A stretch of DNA of 63,878 nt, filler included, from Chiloscyllium plagiosum (taxonomy: Eukaryota), in NCBI RefSeq assembly GCF_004010195.1. It is 5 parts of one record of this genome, joined end to end, with 100 filler letters (N's around TTAATTAATTAA, not from the genome) between each part and the next. Parts side by side here need not be neighbours in the genome. Positions count along the whole stretch, not along the records: positions 1 to 19,002 come from NC_057717.1; 4 more parts are not named here. The stretch is one strand, 5' to 3'. This document shows, piece by piece, positions 1 to 11,529 of this stretch (its first letter is position 1; every line of letters starts with the position of its first letter). The notes beneath the pieces are model-generated. The model saw only the letters and a program-made list of their open reading frames with translations, searched no databases and had not been told where the DNA came from. The position numbers were made by a program, and so were the translations under genes.

Positions 1-140
1 ACTGTCTGACAGTGTAGGGGAGGCAAATTCACTCCAGTGGTTAATGTCTGGAAGGTACTGTCTGACAGTGTGGGGGGAGCAGGTTCACTCGAGTGGTTAG
101 GGTCGAGAATGTATTTTCTGAGAGTGTAGGTGAGGCAAGT
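1..140. repeat. 56-bp tandem repeat, ~2.5 copies (truncated at window edge)
   Basis: actgtctgacagtgt-like unit starts at 1, 57 and 113. Confidence 0.85.
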
Positions 141-793
141 CTTTGAGGCTTTCTAAAGGGAATTGGATAATGATCTGGTAGGTAAGAACATGCAGGATTC
201 CAGGGAGAATGCAGGGAACAGCACTGAATGAACTGCTCCTTCAGAGGGCCAGTACAGACATCAACAGGCTGAATGGACTCCTGTTCTGGAAGCAGTTTAT
301 TATCATGTGGGATGTCTCAGATTGATTTTTTGATTTTTGAAAACAACCTGATCAGATGTCTATTGAGCTCATTCTGGGGGGGCTGCAAGTTGACCTTGGG
401 TCACTACCGCTGCACTATAGAGTCCGTACAAGTTGGCATTTAAGGTATTGTTGACCAACCTGTTCAGAAATGTTATGACGCATCTCTGGAGTATGCAGGA
501 CCTGAACCCAGGCCTCCTGGCCTAGAGGTGGGACACTCCCACTGTGCCACAAAAGCCCTCTGTAAGTTGGTATTTGAGTGAATCATTGCTAACTGCCTCC
601 GCTTGGGGTCTGTGTTACCTGGTCACAGAAGTAACGCTTCCACACGCAAAAGCAGCATTCTGGAAATGCCGAAAATGTTAAGTACACAGAGAAAATGCTG
701 GAAATATTCAGCATTGCTTATGGAGAATAAGATACTGAGGATTAATGGCCTTTCGTGAGAAATGTTCTGATGAATGGTTACTGACTTGAACAC

Positions 794-1040
794 TCTCTGT
801 CTATCTTTATGTCTCTCTCTCTCTCTGTCTCTCCCTCGCTCTCTCTCTCTCTCCTTTTCTCGCCCGCCCCCGCTCTCTCTCTCCCTCTCCCGCCCGACCT
901 GCCTATCGCTCTCTCTCTCCCTCTCTCGCCTGCACCCATCACTCTCGCTCGCCCGCCCCCTCTCTCACTCTCTCTCCCCACCTCCCTTCTTTATGTCTTT
1001 GACTGAATCTCTTTCCCTCCTCCATTCCTCCCTCTCTGTC
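794..1040. repeat. CT-rich microsatellite/low-complexity tract
   Basis: (CT)n and (CTCGC)-like runs; explains the Ser/Leu-rich and Arg/Glu-rich ORFs here. Confidence 0.9.
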
Positions 1041-1334
1041 TGACACACTGTCTCCCTGGTTCTTCCCTTTCCCCCGAGTTGGTGAGAGAATGTGTGTGCA
1101 GAGAGGGAGAGAAATGAGGAGAAAGAGTGGGGGAGAGGAAATGGGGAGGCCAGGTTGGAATGGGAGGACACAGAGGGAGTTAAACTGAGCTCCTGAGCTC
1201 AGGGCGTGGTGCCCTCCCCTTCACTGAGGACCAGGATTGGGGCTGAGTCTGTCTCTCTCCAGTTCAGCTTCTCCAACACAAAGACGCACAATAACATCCT
1301 TCACTCTGCTGCTCGGCACGCTTTAATCAACATT

Positions 1335-1340
1335 TTTATT
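1335..1340 (-). terminator. candidate polyadenylation signal (AATAAA) of the GPCR gene
   Basis: tttatt on + strand ~210 bp downstream of the exon 2 stop; an ATTAAA variant at 1322-1327. Confidence 0.45.
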
Positions 1341-1550
1341 GGTTACAAATGGAAGGGATGGATACAGTCAGTGGGATGGTGCCTTTTCTCACTGACCCCT
1401 GAGTTGTGAGAAACATTGAAATGTTTCCCTGTAACCCCCCTGTGGGATAAGGATGGACAAACCAGCGCTACCCTTAGTCTGTTACCATAGCGACAGGCTG
1501 CTCCATCGCTGAAACACTGAACTGAAATGAGAAAATCCCGGATGGAATGA

Positions 1551-2459
1551 TTAATAAGGGAATTTGATTGATGGATGGATTTGGGTGAAGGGATATTTCA
1601 GCACACTCTTCGGCTGCTGCCTGAACTTAGTCTGGGTCACGGCATAAATCGCAGTGTTTGTGCAGCAACTGAGGAGCTGTAGCATGAAGCCCAATTCCTG
1701 CACAAAGAGATGGAGAAACACAGACCCATTACCAATATGATACATCCGTCTCCATAGAGAATAAAGCATTAACGTTGACCATAACAGGATGAAATTGGCC
1801 GAGATCACAAACAGTAAAATGATGGATTTTTTCGGTTTCTCATTTCAGTGTCAGACTGAGCGTCCCCATTGGTGTGAGCGCGGAGTCTCCTGCGGGCTCT
1901 GCTGGTCACTAAAATGTGTCTGACGGTGAGAACATTGAGCAGCAGAATCAGGAGAAATGGGACACATGGGGTTAGAATATAGTGGAGGGACTCGATTGTG
2001 ACCCAAACATGGAGGAATAAACAGCATCCGTTACATCACAAAACCAGGGGTCGTTCCACATCCAATACCGAGCCGTGAGCATAAAATACCAGGAAATGTT
2101 CTTTAAACAGCTCAGCACAGTCACTGCTCCCAGAACCACAGCCGCTGTTTTCTCACTGCAATATTTACTTTTCAGCTTCTGGCAACAAATGGCCACAAAC
2201 CGTTCAAAGGTGAATGTGACAGTGAACCAGCCAGAGCAGTCAGTGGCTGCATAAAGCAGGATGGCGTGGATATTACACACGGGAACGGAGTCCATCAGGA
2301 AATAAAACTGTTCATCATAAACAATGGGAATGTGTCTCAGGATCAGGTTGAGGATGATGACCAGGAGATCCTCCGCTGCCATGGCCCCCAGGTAACGTCT
2401 GACACACGGAGACAATCCACAATCTTTATAAAGCAGGACGTAGATGGTCACTACGTTAA
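1551..2459 (-). pseudogene. GPR139/GPR142-like class A GPCR, main coding exon (end of TM1 to C-terminus), frameshifted
   Basis: Acceptor cctcacag| at 2461-2460. Translation VNVVTI..YLGAMAAEDLLVII (TM2)..VCNIHAILLYAATDCSGWFTVTFTFERFVAIC (TM3, ERF)..SEKTAAVVL..PWFC; frameshift ~2010; VWVTIESLHYILTPCVPFLLILLLNVLTVRHILVTSRARRRLR (TM5); second frameshift in an A-run ~1830; SIILLFVISANFILLW (TM6)..LQLLSCCTNTAIYAVTQTKFR (TM7/H8); TAA at 1553-1551. Confidence 0.9.
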
Positions 2460-3020
2460 CTGTGAGGAAGGAAAACAAACCCATTATCCATCAGCCTGGA
2501 GGCAAAGGGACCCGTTTGCTCGGGGAACCAGTGAGATTTTCAAATGTGTCCCTGTATTCAGGGATTTATTAAAATAATTGGAGCTGGAATAACAAATTGG
2601 AAGGCCTGCATTACTGACAAAAATGTGACAGAAACCACAAGAAACCCTCCGTCCCCAAACACACAGAGACACATCTATAAGGACAGATGGTTTCTAGGAC
2701 ATTCCCACACACTCGATCACTCAATAGCAGACACAGGTCACTCCTTCCCAGTTCCTAATATGGAGGGTGGAAATGTTGCTGTCCTGAAGAATTCTCTCCC
2801 AGTTTCCTGAAGACAGACGGAGTTTGGGAATTTCTGTATTTTGGTCAAAATTGTGGTCGATCCTGTATCGTGAAGAAATGTAAACGCAGGGAAAACGTAT
2901 TAACCCCTTTAACTGCCTGAGGGGCCTTCGGAACAGTGTTTCCTTCTCCCTGGAACGGGATCTCTTCCCTCGGGATATTATCGTTTGTTAAATTCACTGA
3001 CGTCCGGCCGTTCACAAACA

Positions 3021-3326
3021 ATGTCAGGGAAAAAACGTTCTGGGGAATGTCAGTTATAGAATGTTGGGGTCAGAACGTTCCGGGGAATGTCAGTTATAGA
3101 ATGTCAAGGACAGAACGTTCCGGGGAATGTCAGTTATAGAATTTTGGGGACAGAACGTTCCGGGGAGTGTCAGTTATAGAATTTTGGGGACAGAACGTTC
3201 CGGGCAGTGTCAGTTATAGAATGTTGTGGACAGAACGTTCCAGGGAATGTCAGTTATAGAATGTTGGGACAGAACGTTCTGGGGAATGCCAGTTGTAGAA
3301 TGTTGGGGACAGAACGTTCCGGGGAG
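3021..3326. repeat. 40-bp minisatellite, ~7.5 copies
   Basis: unit ggggacagaacgttccggggaatgtcagttatagaatgtt; aacgttc core at 3034, 3074, 3114, 3154, 3194, 3234, 3273, 3313. Confidence 0.95.
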
Positions 3327-3539
3327 CTCCTTGACCTGTCCATCACCTTTCCCGCCTATCCACCCCACCAACACGATGTACTGTGCCTGGGTGCACTGTA
3401 ACATTAATGGGGTGAGAGGCGGAGGGTCCAATCATAGGGTTGGGAATTAAAGGAATTGCCAGATCATCTGAAATGGTTAGATATTCCAAACTCTCAATCC
3501 ACCTCACAGAACCAGCCCAAATACCATCAAAGGACGTAT

Positions 3540-4060
3540 CTGTTCACCGTGGAACACTGTGCAGACCAGGTCTCGGTACTGCTCAGTACAACCCAGCAAT
3601 CTGTTCAGATACATCCGTTGCACTGGTCTATACAATTCAGCAATCTGTCCAGAGTGGAACACTGTACAGATCAGATCAGGGCATTGATCTATTAACCTCG
3701 ACCATATATCTGTCCAGCGCAGTGAGCTGTGCAGACCACAACATTGATCGATAAACCTGGACTAGATATCTTTCCTGCATGGGGAGCTCTGCAGACCACA
3801 GCAGGGCAGCAGTGTGTGAACTTGAAACAAATATCCATCCAGCATGTGAAGCTGCACAGACTACATCACTGCTTTATCTATAAACCTCAAACAGATAGTC
3901 TGACCAGCACAGCGAACTGTGTAGTGATCACCCGTGAATTAATCTGTAAATCTGGAGCAGTTACCCTCCCAGCATGCAGGACTGTGTACCTCACCCCAGT
4001 GCATTACTCAGTAACACTGTGTTCGATCACTGCCCAGCATGGGGAAACTTGCAGCCCATG
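3540..4060. repeat. old degenerate tandem repeat (~60-65 bp period)
   Basis: recurring tccagc..g(a/g)gctgtgcagaccac-like motif. Confidence 0.45.
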
Positions 4061-4559
4061 CTGGAAGTGACAGAATGTGCAGCTCCCATCTCTCCACTGT
4101 ACCATGACAAGGGGGTGCTGTGGGTGTGAACATCACTGCCAGAGAGAGATGGCGGGGGAACTCAGTTTAAATATCATCACATGGGAGGGGTTTGGGGTAT
4201 AGACAGAGAGCAGGAGACTGAGGGACAGTGTCATGGAAGGATGTGTTCCCATGTTTCAGAATGCTGAAATGTAGACACTTCGATAGCATGAGCCAGTCTT
4301 CCCAGGAAAGATGGGAAAAAGGGATATTGGTGTGAGGTCAGATGAGCATTTGTTCTGCATCTTTGGAACTGGAATTGGTTTCAACAGAATCTATGACTCA
4401 TTGGGCAGATTCTAACAATAATTTGTCTCAGTGACATTTTCATTGAGTGTGACAGAGGGATTGTCTGTATGAGGCTGAGCTAGTTTCCTGGTGCTATCTT
4501 ATTTAACTACCCACACCAACCCATGGTGGCCCTTCTCCTGTAAACAGCTCAGATACTGA

Positions 4560-5060
4560 AACTATTCTGTGATAGTTACTGCTCTCCCCACTTGTCCTGA
4601 CATCTTCAACAATCTGTGCTCATATACACACAGGGCCCTCTGCTCCTGTACCCCCATTATAATGGCACAGCCTGTTTTAAACTGTCTTTCATTATCTTTC
4701 CTACCAATGTGCATCATTTCACACTGCTCTGCACTGATCCTCATCTGCCTTACACCTGGACACGACACCAACGTATCACTGTCGTGTTGGAGTTCCACAC
4801 TGTCCTCCATAGACTTCAGAATTCTTCCAGGTTTGGTGCCATCTACAAACATTGAGATTGTCATAGCATCACAGTCCCCATGAAACAACTGAAATCCAGC
4901 CACACTCACGAGTGTGAGCAAGTGAAATACTGCTATATTCCCATGGACAGAGTCGAATAGTGACGTGCTGTCAATGGAGCAACAAAAATCCTGACACATA
5001 CGAGACAGAGTAGATGAAATATTGACAAACCACAGAGCAAGAGAAATCCGGATGCGTTGC
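4560..5060 (-). mobile_element. decayed CR1-type LINE RT fragment
   Basis: ISMFVDGTK (FADDTK), CEMMHIGRK, EQRALCVYEHRLLKMSGQV motifs. Confidence 0.75.
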
Positions 5061-5565
5061 ACTTAACTATATTCATCAGGGTATAATGTGATGAAGTTGA
5101 AAGCATGTCCTGTACCTTTAAGCGAGGGTGAATGCTGGTCTGAACTGAGAGCTTACAAGTACCTGTGGTATGAGAGGATGGCAGGCCCAGAAACAGTAAA
5201 GTTCTATAGAGCTGGAGTCGGATAATAAGCAGTTAAGAGAAAGAGGGTCTCAGAGTTGTTAAGAGTTGATATAAAATGTTCACTTTCAGAGTGAAAAAAT
5301 AAATAATGTTTTTATTTAAACAGAGGAATTTAGCAGATCTGTCACTCATATTTTAACAGTTTACGAGGCGAATTGAGCATTTATTTATATTTCATTTAAA
5401 TTACCAAATGAGCTCAATGCCGTGTCCTAACAATTCCCTTGTGTGTATCTGTGTGTCTCTGTGTGGGGCAGGTCTGGCAGACTTGATGGTGATTAAAATG
5501 ATGCAATTCCACCCTCTGCTGGCCTCCACACGCCACAGCACATGCATTGGCAGAGGATGAAAACC

Positions 5566-5670
5566 GCTGAAAATGTGTTGCTGGAACAGCGCAGCAGGTC
5601 AGACAGCATCCAGGGAACAGGAGAATCGACGTTTCGGGCATAAGCCCTTCTTCAGGAATGAAACCAACAC
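5566..5670 (-). mobile_element. short Penelope-like element terminus with 12-bp target-site duplication
   Basis: same terminal sequence as the longer Penelope-like copy at 30039; flanked by aggatgaaaacc at 5554-5565 and 5671-5682. Confidence 0.75.
5624..5659 (-). ncRNA. minimal type-I hammerhead ribozyme motif (Penelope-associated)
   Basis: minus strand AUUC-CUGAAGA-A-GGGC-UUAU-GCCC-GAAAC-GUC-GAUU: CUGANGA and GAAA core, 4-bp stem II, palindromic ACGU replacing helix III, GUC cleavage triplet. Confidence 0.65.
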
Positions 5671-5724
5671 AGGATGAAAACCAACAGGGATTCATTCAGA
5701 GAGGGGAAGGGAGAGGGCAGCTGC

Positions 5725-6445
5725 TCACAGCACCATCCAAACTGATGTCTGATCGATGTACTGATCTAAATGTCCTTTAAACATTGTAACTGTCCCTGCT
5801 TTCACCACTTCCTCTGGAAGTTCATTCCACACACAAGCCTGATTCTGTCTAAAATATTTACCTCTCATGACTTTTGTAAATCTTTTTCCTCCTACTTTAA
5901 AATATCCCTCAGTTTTGAATTTCCAACTATAGGGAAAAGACACGAGCCCTTCAGCTTATCTGTGCCCTTCATTATTTTATAAACCTCTGTAAAGTTACCC
6001 CTTAATCTCATACTCTCTAGTGAAAAAAGTCCCAGCCTATCCAGCCTCTCCTTATAGCTCAATGCCTCCATTCCCAGCAACATCCAGGTTAATTTCTTCT
6101 GAACCCTCTCCAGCTTAATTATATCAAGGTCAATAATATCAAAGTGAATAGTCAAGGTGTTTTCTAAGGGTAGGGGAGACCAAAACTAGAGGACGTAGGC
6201 TTAAGGTGAGAGGGAACATTTAAAAGTGACCTAAGGGGCAGCTTTTTCACACTTAGGGTGGTGTGCCTATGTAATGAGCGGGCAGGATGACCAGACTGGA
6301 CACAGTATTCCAGAAGAGGTCTCACCAATGTCCTGTACAACTTCAACATTGACGTCCCAATTTCAATACTCAAAGGTCTGACCAATGAAGACAAGTGTGT
6401 TAAACACCTTCTAAACCACACTATCTGTATGAGATGCAAATTTTA
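5725..6445 (-). mobile_element. CR1-type LINE 3' portion with an opposite-orientation CR1 fragment (~6145-6282) inside
   Basis: LYRTLVRPLLEYCVQ, LERVQKKLT..SYKERLDRLGLFSLE..LRG..EVYKIMKG, WNELPEEVV motifs. Confidence 0.85.
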
Positions 6446-6495
6446 AAGGACTATACCGTTCTTTCAAGTTAAAATTGCAGATATTTTGTTTATCG

Positions 6496-6548
6496 TTGTG
6501 TGTGTGTTTGTTTGTGTGTGTCTGTGTGTGTCTGTGTGTGTGTGTGTC
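6496..6548. repeat. (TG)n microsatellite
   Basis: direct reading. Confidence 0.9.
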
Positions 6549-6809
6549 AGTGTTTTAAACAGAGAAATATTGATTATATATTTGTAATACCCAAACACTC
6601 TGCCATTCATCTTTCCATCATTGTTTGAGTAAAATTGCTCTGGATCATAAACATGCTATTTTAGCAGATTAAAGAAATGATCTTGACTTGTTCCTAAAAC
6701 TGACCCTGACCCAGTCTGAGACCGATATCATCGGCCATATTACCGACCCGGTTACATTTAACATTTGTTGTGAGCAGTGGAGGAGTGGGACTAGAAAAGG
6801 AAACAGTGA

Positions 6810-8075
6810 CCCCAAAAGCCGGAGAACGTTAGACCGGTGAGCCTGATGTCAGTGGTGGGTAAGTTGTTGGAGGCAATTCTGAGGGATAGGATTTACATAC
6901 AGTTGGGAAAGCAAGGGATGATCGGGGTAGACAAAGTGGCTTTCTGTATGGGAAATCATGTCTCATTAATTTGGTTGAGTTTTATGAAGAGGTGGCAAAG
7001 AAGATTGATGAAGGCAGTTTGGTAGACATTGTCTATATGGACCTCAGCAAGGTGTTCATAACATTCCGATTGGCAGGCAGATGAGTAAGGTTCGGTCACA
7101 TGGGATACAGAAGAAGCTCGTCATAATTGGCTTGAAGGAAGAGGCGTATTTTTCAGACTGGAGGCTTGTGAGCAGCATTGTGCTGTAAGACTCAGTACTG
7201 AGTTCACTGCATTTCATCATTTATGTCAGGGATCTGGATGTGAATATCGGGGCCATAGTTCGTCAGGTTACAGATGACATCAGAAAGGTGGTGTAGTAGA
7301 TTATTTCAGAGTACAACGAGGCCACAATTAGATGGGACAATGGTGCAAGAAGTGACAGATGACGTTTAATTTTGATAAATACGAGGTTTTGCATTTTGGG
7401 AAGGCAAATCAGGGCAGAAATTATACACTTAATGGTAAGGTCCTGGGGAGTGTTGTAGAACAAAGGGACCGAGGGCTGCAGGTGCATTGTTTCTTGAAAG
7501 TGGAGTTTCAGGTAGACAGTATGGCACAGAACACATTTGGCACTTTTGCCTTAATCAGTCAGAGCATTGAATATAGGAGTTACATCTGTACAGGATGTTG
7601 GTGCGGCCACTTTAAGAATACTGCATACAACTTGTTGGTCTGCAGAAAAGATTGACACGGATGTTCCAGGACTGGAGGGTTTGAGCTTTAGGGAGAAGTT
7701 GATTAGGTTGAGGTGTTTCTCCCTGGAGTGTCAGAGGCAGAAGGGTGACATTATAGTGGCATATAAAACCATTAGGGGCATGTACATTCCGAACAGGCAC
7801 TTTCTGTTTCCCAGAGTAGGAGAGCCCAGAACAAGAGGGAATAGGTTGAAGGCAAGAGGGCGAATGATTTAGAAGGGACCTGAAGGTAAATGTTCAACAC
7901 AGAGAGTGGAAGTGGTGAAGTTGGAAGTGGTGAAGTTGGTTACAATCGCACATTTAAAAAGTATCTGAAAGAGGAGGGAGTTGGCCAAATGCTGGCAAAT
8001 GGGACTGGATCAGATTTGATATCTGATCGGAGAGAACAGACTGGACTACCGGGTCTGTTTCCGTTCTGATGACTC
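6810..8075 (+). mobile_element. decayed CR1-type LINE (RT to 3' end)
   Basis: SLMSVVGKLLEAILRDRI, FNFDKYEVLHFGKAN, EQRDRGLQVH, LFPRVGEPRTRG; atgactct-type tail. Confidence 0.85.
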
Positions 8076-8499
8076 TCTGATTATATAAGAGGGATGACGA
8101 AAAATTCAAAAAGAACCTTTCAACTGAGAATTTTCTTCACTGAAAGTTTATCCTGCCTCTATGTTCACATAGATTGAAAGCTGCTTTAGTTAAATACTTG
8201 ACAGGGAAGTGAGTCACGGATAATGGGATACAGACAATAAAGTGGGGCTGACTCCACAACCTGATCAGCCACAATCTTAGTGCCTGGTGGAGAAGACTCA
8301 AAGTATCTAATGACCACTCCTGCTCCTCAGTCCCATGTTCCTGTGTTCCATTCTGCACACCAAACCTGTTAGGCAGGAGCAGTGGGAGGCTACTTACTGC
8401 TATCAACTGGTGCACAGAAATACAGGAGATCATTCAGCCCTTCAAAACTGTCACACACGCTTTGAGGTGATTTGTGAAATGTAGTTGGAAAGCCCAGGC

Positions 8500-8715
8500 T
8501 GAGTATGAAAGAGGCCTCTCATCTCTCTTTACAGAGCTTCTCCTGTCTGCTCCTTGTGCTTCATTTGTTGGTCATGTTGTAGACCCAAATTCACTGTAAA
8601 TACTGCCTACATACCTCACCAAACAATGGCTCACAAAATCCTCCTGTCTCCCTGGCTGCAACATTCAATAACAGAACATTCATGAAAATAACACCCACTA
8701 ACTTTCCAATAACAG
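8500..8715 (-). mobile_element. 5' remnant of Harbinger-type element (paralogous remnant at ~24800-25020)
   Basis: aligns by eye to 60060-60220, the start region of the fossil transposase; translates M*AVFTVNLGLQHDQQMKH. Confidence 0.5.
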
Positions 8716-9574
8716 AATGTGAGAACATCAGAAACAGGGGCAGGTCATTCACTCCCCAAGCCTGCCTTGCCCTTCACTAAGCTCATGACTGATCTGTTCT
8801 TGTTCTCAAATCATCTTTCATACCCAATTCTTCATAGCCCTCACCTCTGTGACAGGTCAATATCCATCTACCTCCTCTTCAAATACTTTCAGTCATCTAG
8901 CTCCACGAACACTCTTGAGAAGAGAAATCCTGACATTCAATCCCACCTGTTTGAAGAAAGCACTCGCTGCTCCTATATCATTGGCCTATTGATATGAACA
9001 AAAGAAGTTGACACAAGGGTTCAGGTAATAATGACTGGCCCTTATATCAAGGCAGTGGTTAACTTCTGCTGGTATCGACGAGCTTAACAAAACTGGACTT
9101 AATGGGAATCTGAGAAAACTCTCCAGTGTTTGGAGTCAAACATGGCACAAAGGAAGATGGTCATCATCTCAGTCCTGGGTCACCTCTGTGAGAGATCCTC
9201 AGGGTAGCTTCCTCTTCACAAACATCTTCAGCTGCTTTCTCCACGCCCACACCCTCCCCACCATAAGATGGTCACTGAAGATTCTACAATGTTCAGAATG
9301 TTTTGACCCCGTCAGCTCCTGAACTGGTCTGTGTCCATGTGCAGCAAGACCCAGACTCCATTGAGGCTTGTGCTGTTAACATGTCTGTAACATTCATGTA
9401 AAAGCACTAACTGACACTGCACATTGCCACAGTAAAATAAGAGTTCATTCAGCACCTCACGCTGGTTTCACAGGAATATGAGGAAGTCATTCAGCCCATT
9501 GACATTATTGGAGTTGAACAGGGACAGCCCATTCAGTGCCTCCAGCCTATTACTCAGCAAGAAAAGGAGTCTCG

Positions 9575-10218
9575 TGTGATGGGCCACATCGGAGCCCCTC
9601 GAAAATATTTGAAGGCAGTAGCCTGGACTCTAATGTTTTCTTATTTTAAAGGAAATGTAATGTGTATGTTCCAGATACAATGTGACTGGTCAAACTACTC
9701 GGCGTGAAGCAAAACACCATCTACTTAAACATGAAAGATACGATGAAACCAAAGAAAGAGGAATCTAGAATAACTTAAATCTATTGGACAAGTTAACAGA
9801 ATAATGGATCTTCGAACTATTACTAATAAACTGTTCCTATATACGAAAATCCCATAAGCACAGCCCCTGGCAAAAAAAGAATATTCAGACACAGATTGTC
9901 ACAAACATTTCTCCAATCCAGCAATTAAAAACAGCATCAAGAGAAAATTCAGAGAGAGTAGCAACCAGGAGACATTCACTGAAGCTTCCAACTCTGTGGA
10001 GACCCTAATAGTTTCTGATGTTACTGAGAAACCAAAACCCAGAGATCCTAATCTGTGAGAGCTGGCCACACCCAATCAGGCTGCATTAAAATTAACCCAA
10101 TGCCTCCCTCGCTGTTGACTAAAGTGGTCTGAACTAGCCAGCTTGGTAACGATCATTCAATCTCTCTCTGAAAAGAAACCAGGACAAAATAACCTCTTGA
10201 AGCTACATCATCATCGCA
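9575..10218. mobile_element. solo LTR
   Basis: TG...CA ends (tgtgatg...catcgca); same family as 60250-60721; absent (empty site) from the paralogous segment near 25866. Confidence 0.7.
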
Positions 10219-10289
10219 CTTCCAGCACATCGAGCTGTCAAACAGGAACCAGGTGTAACCCAAACAGGCCCTTGGCCCTGTCCAATCGG

Positions 10290-10510
10290 ACGAGGAAGAA
10301 GCCATTCAATCCGTTGAGTCACTTAAACAGCAATAAGATGAGGCCATTCAGCCCCTTGAGTCACTTACACAGGAACAGGATGAGGCCATTCAGCCCCTTG
10401 AGTCACTTCCACAGCAACAAGGGGAGGCCATTCAGCCCCTCGAGCCACTTATAGAGGAACAGGAGGAGGCCATTCCCGCCTCAACGCACTTACACAGGGA
10501 CAGAATGAGG
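10290..10510. repeat. 42-bp minisatellite, ~5 copies
   Basis: aggccattcagcccc-type motif at 10299, 10341, 10383, 10425, 10467. Confidence 0.9.
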
Positions 10511-10519
10511 TAATTGATG

Positions 10520-10653
10520 TTAATTCCTGATGAATGGCTCATTCCAGTAATGTTGATTCTCCTGCTCCTCGGATGCTGCTCCTGACCTGCTGTGTCTTTC
10601 TAGCAATCCATTCTCTACTCTGATCTCCAGCATCGGCAGTCCTCACTGTCTCC
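10520..10653 (+). mobile_element. Penelope-like terminus (degenerate hammerhead) with 9-bp TSD
   Basis: attcctgatgaa...ctcctgctcctcggatgctg...gatctccagcatcggcagtcctcact; taattgatg at 10511-10519 and 10654-10662. Confidence 0.75.
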
Positions 10654-11529
10654 TAATTGATGCTCTAACATGACGAATAAGTGGAGCAGAGGCTGCACAG
10701 ACAGACTGCTCCACGTTGTTCGTCTTGGCTCCATTGCTTATGATACACATGTGGGACTTTAACGTGGTTTTCTCGCTGTGAGGATTGAAGTCATATGTCT
10801 TGTGTGAAGTCTCAATAAGGCATCTTCCATCTCCGAGAAGCCATCCTGGTGTTCTCTATGGAGAGCAGAAGCTGGTGGGAATGGCTACCTGTTTCAGAAG
10901 GAAGGTATTGTGGCTACTGAACATGGCGTTCAGGACGGGAAAGTTAATTAAGGGACAGAAACAATTAGCAAAGCCACGTTAGACTGATGAATGGACTCTC
11001 TTAGTTCAAATCATGCTGATCTTGTTCATGTTGATCACGTCTAGTGCACGTCCTGTGCAGTATAACCAGTGTGCCTTACTCTGTCCAAGTCTATTTCCAC
11101 CCTATGATCTGCCTGGACATGCTGAGAATGATCTGCCTTAACTGTTCATAAATGAAGAGTTTCCCTGTACTGAGGTACACATGACAATAAATCAGATCAA
11201 TTAATCCTGTGTAAAGTATGGAATTTCTCACCCTATCAATATCTCCTTTGGAAATAAGTGATCGCTGCCATTCCTCATGTTTCAGCATTGCCATTTTTTC
11301 GTCTCACACAGCTCCAACCACAACGTCTTCACTCTATCCTCATGTTACCATCATCTATGTCTGGGGTAAGGAGATCATTCCTTACAAGGGAGATCAAATC
11401 GGTAGAGAGTGCCCCAAATACTCTCTTAGCAAGTCTACAACATCAGGAAGATGGCTTTACTTATGTACTCGAATCATCTTACAATGAAAGACAGCATACC
11501 ATTGACTGCATCCATTACCTACACAGGGT

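Noticed and set aside
3021..3326. CRISPR-like regular repeats with palindromic core
   Set aside because: Units are contiguous and near-identical with no unique spacers; eukaryotic context; no cas genes
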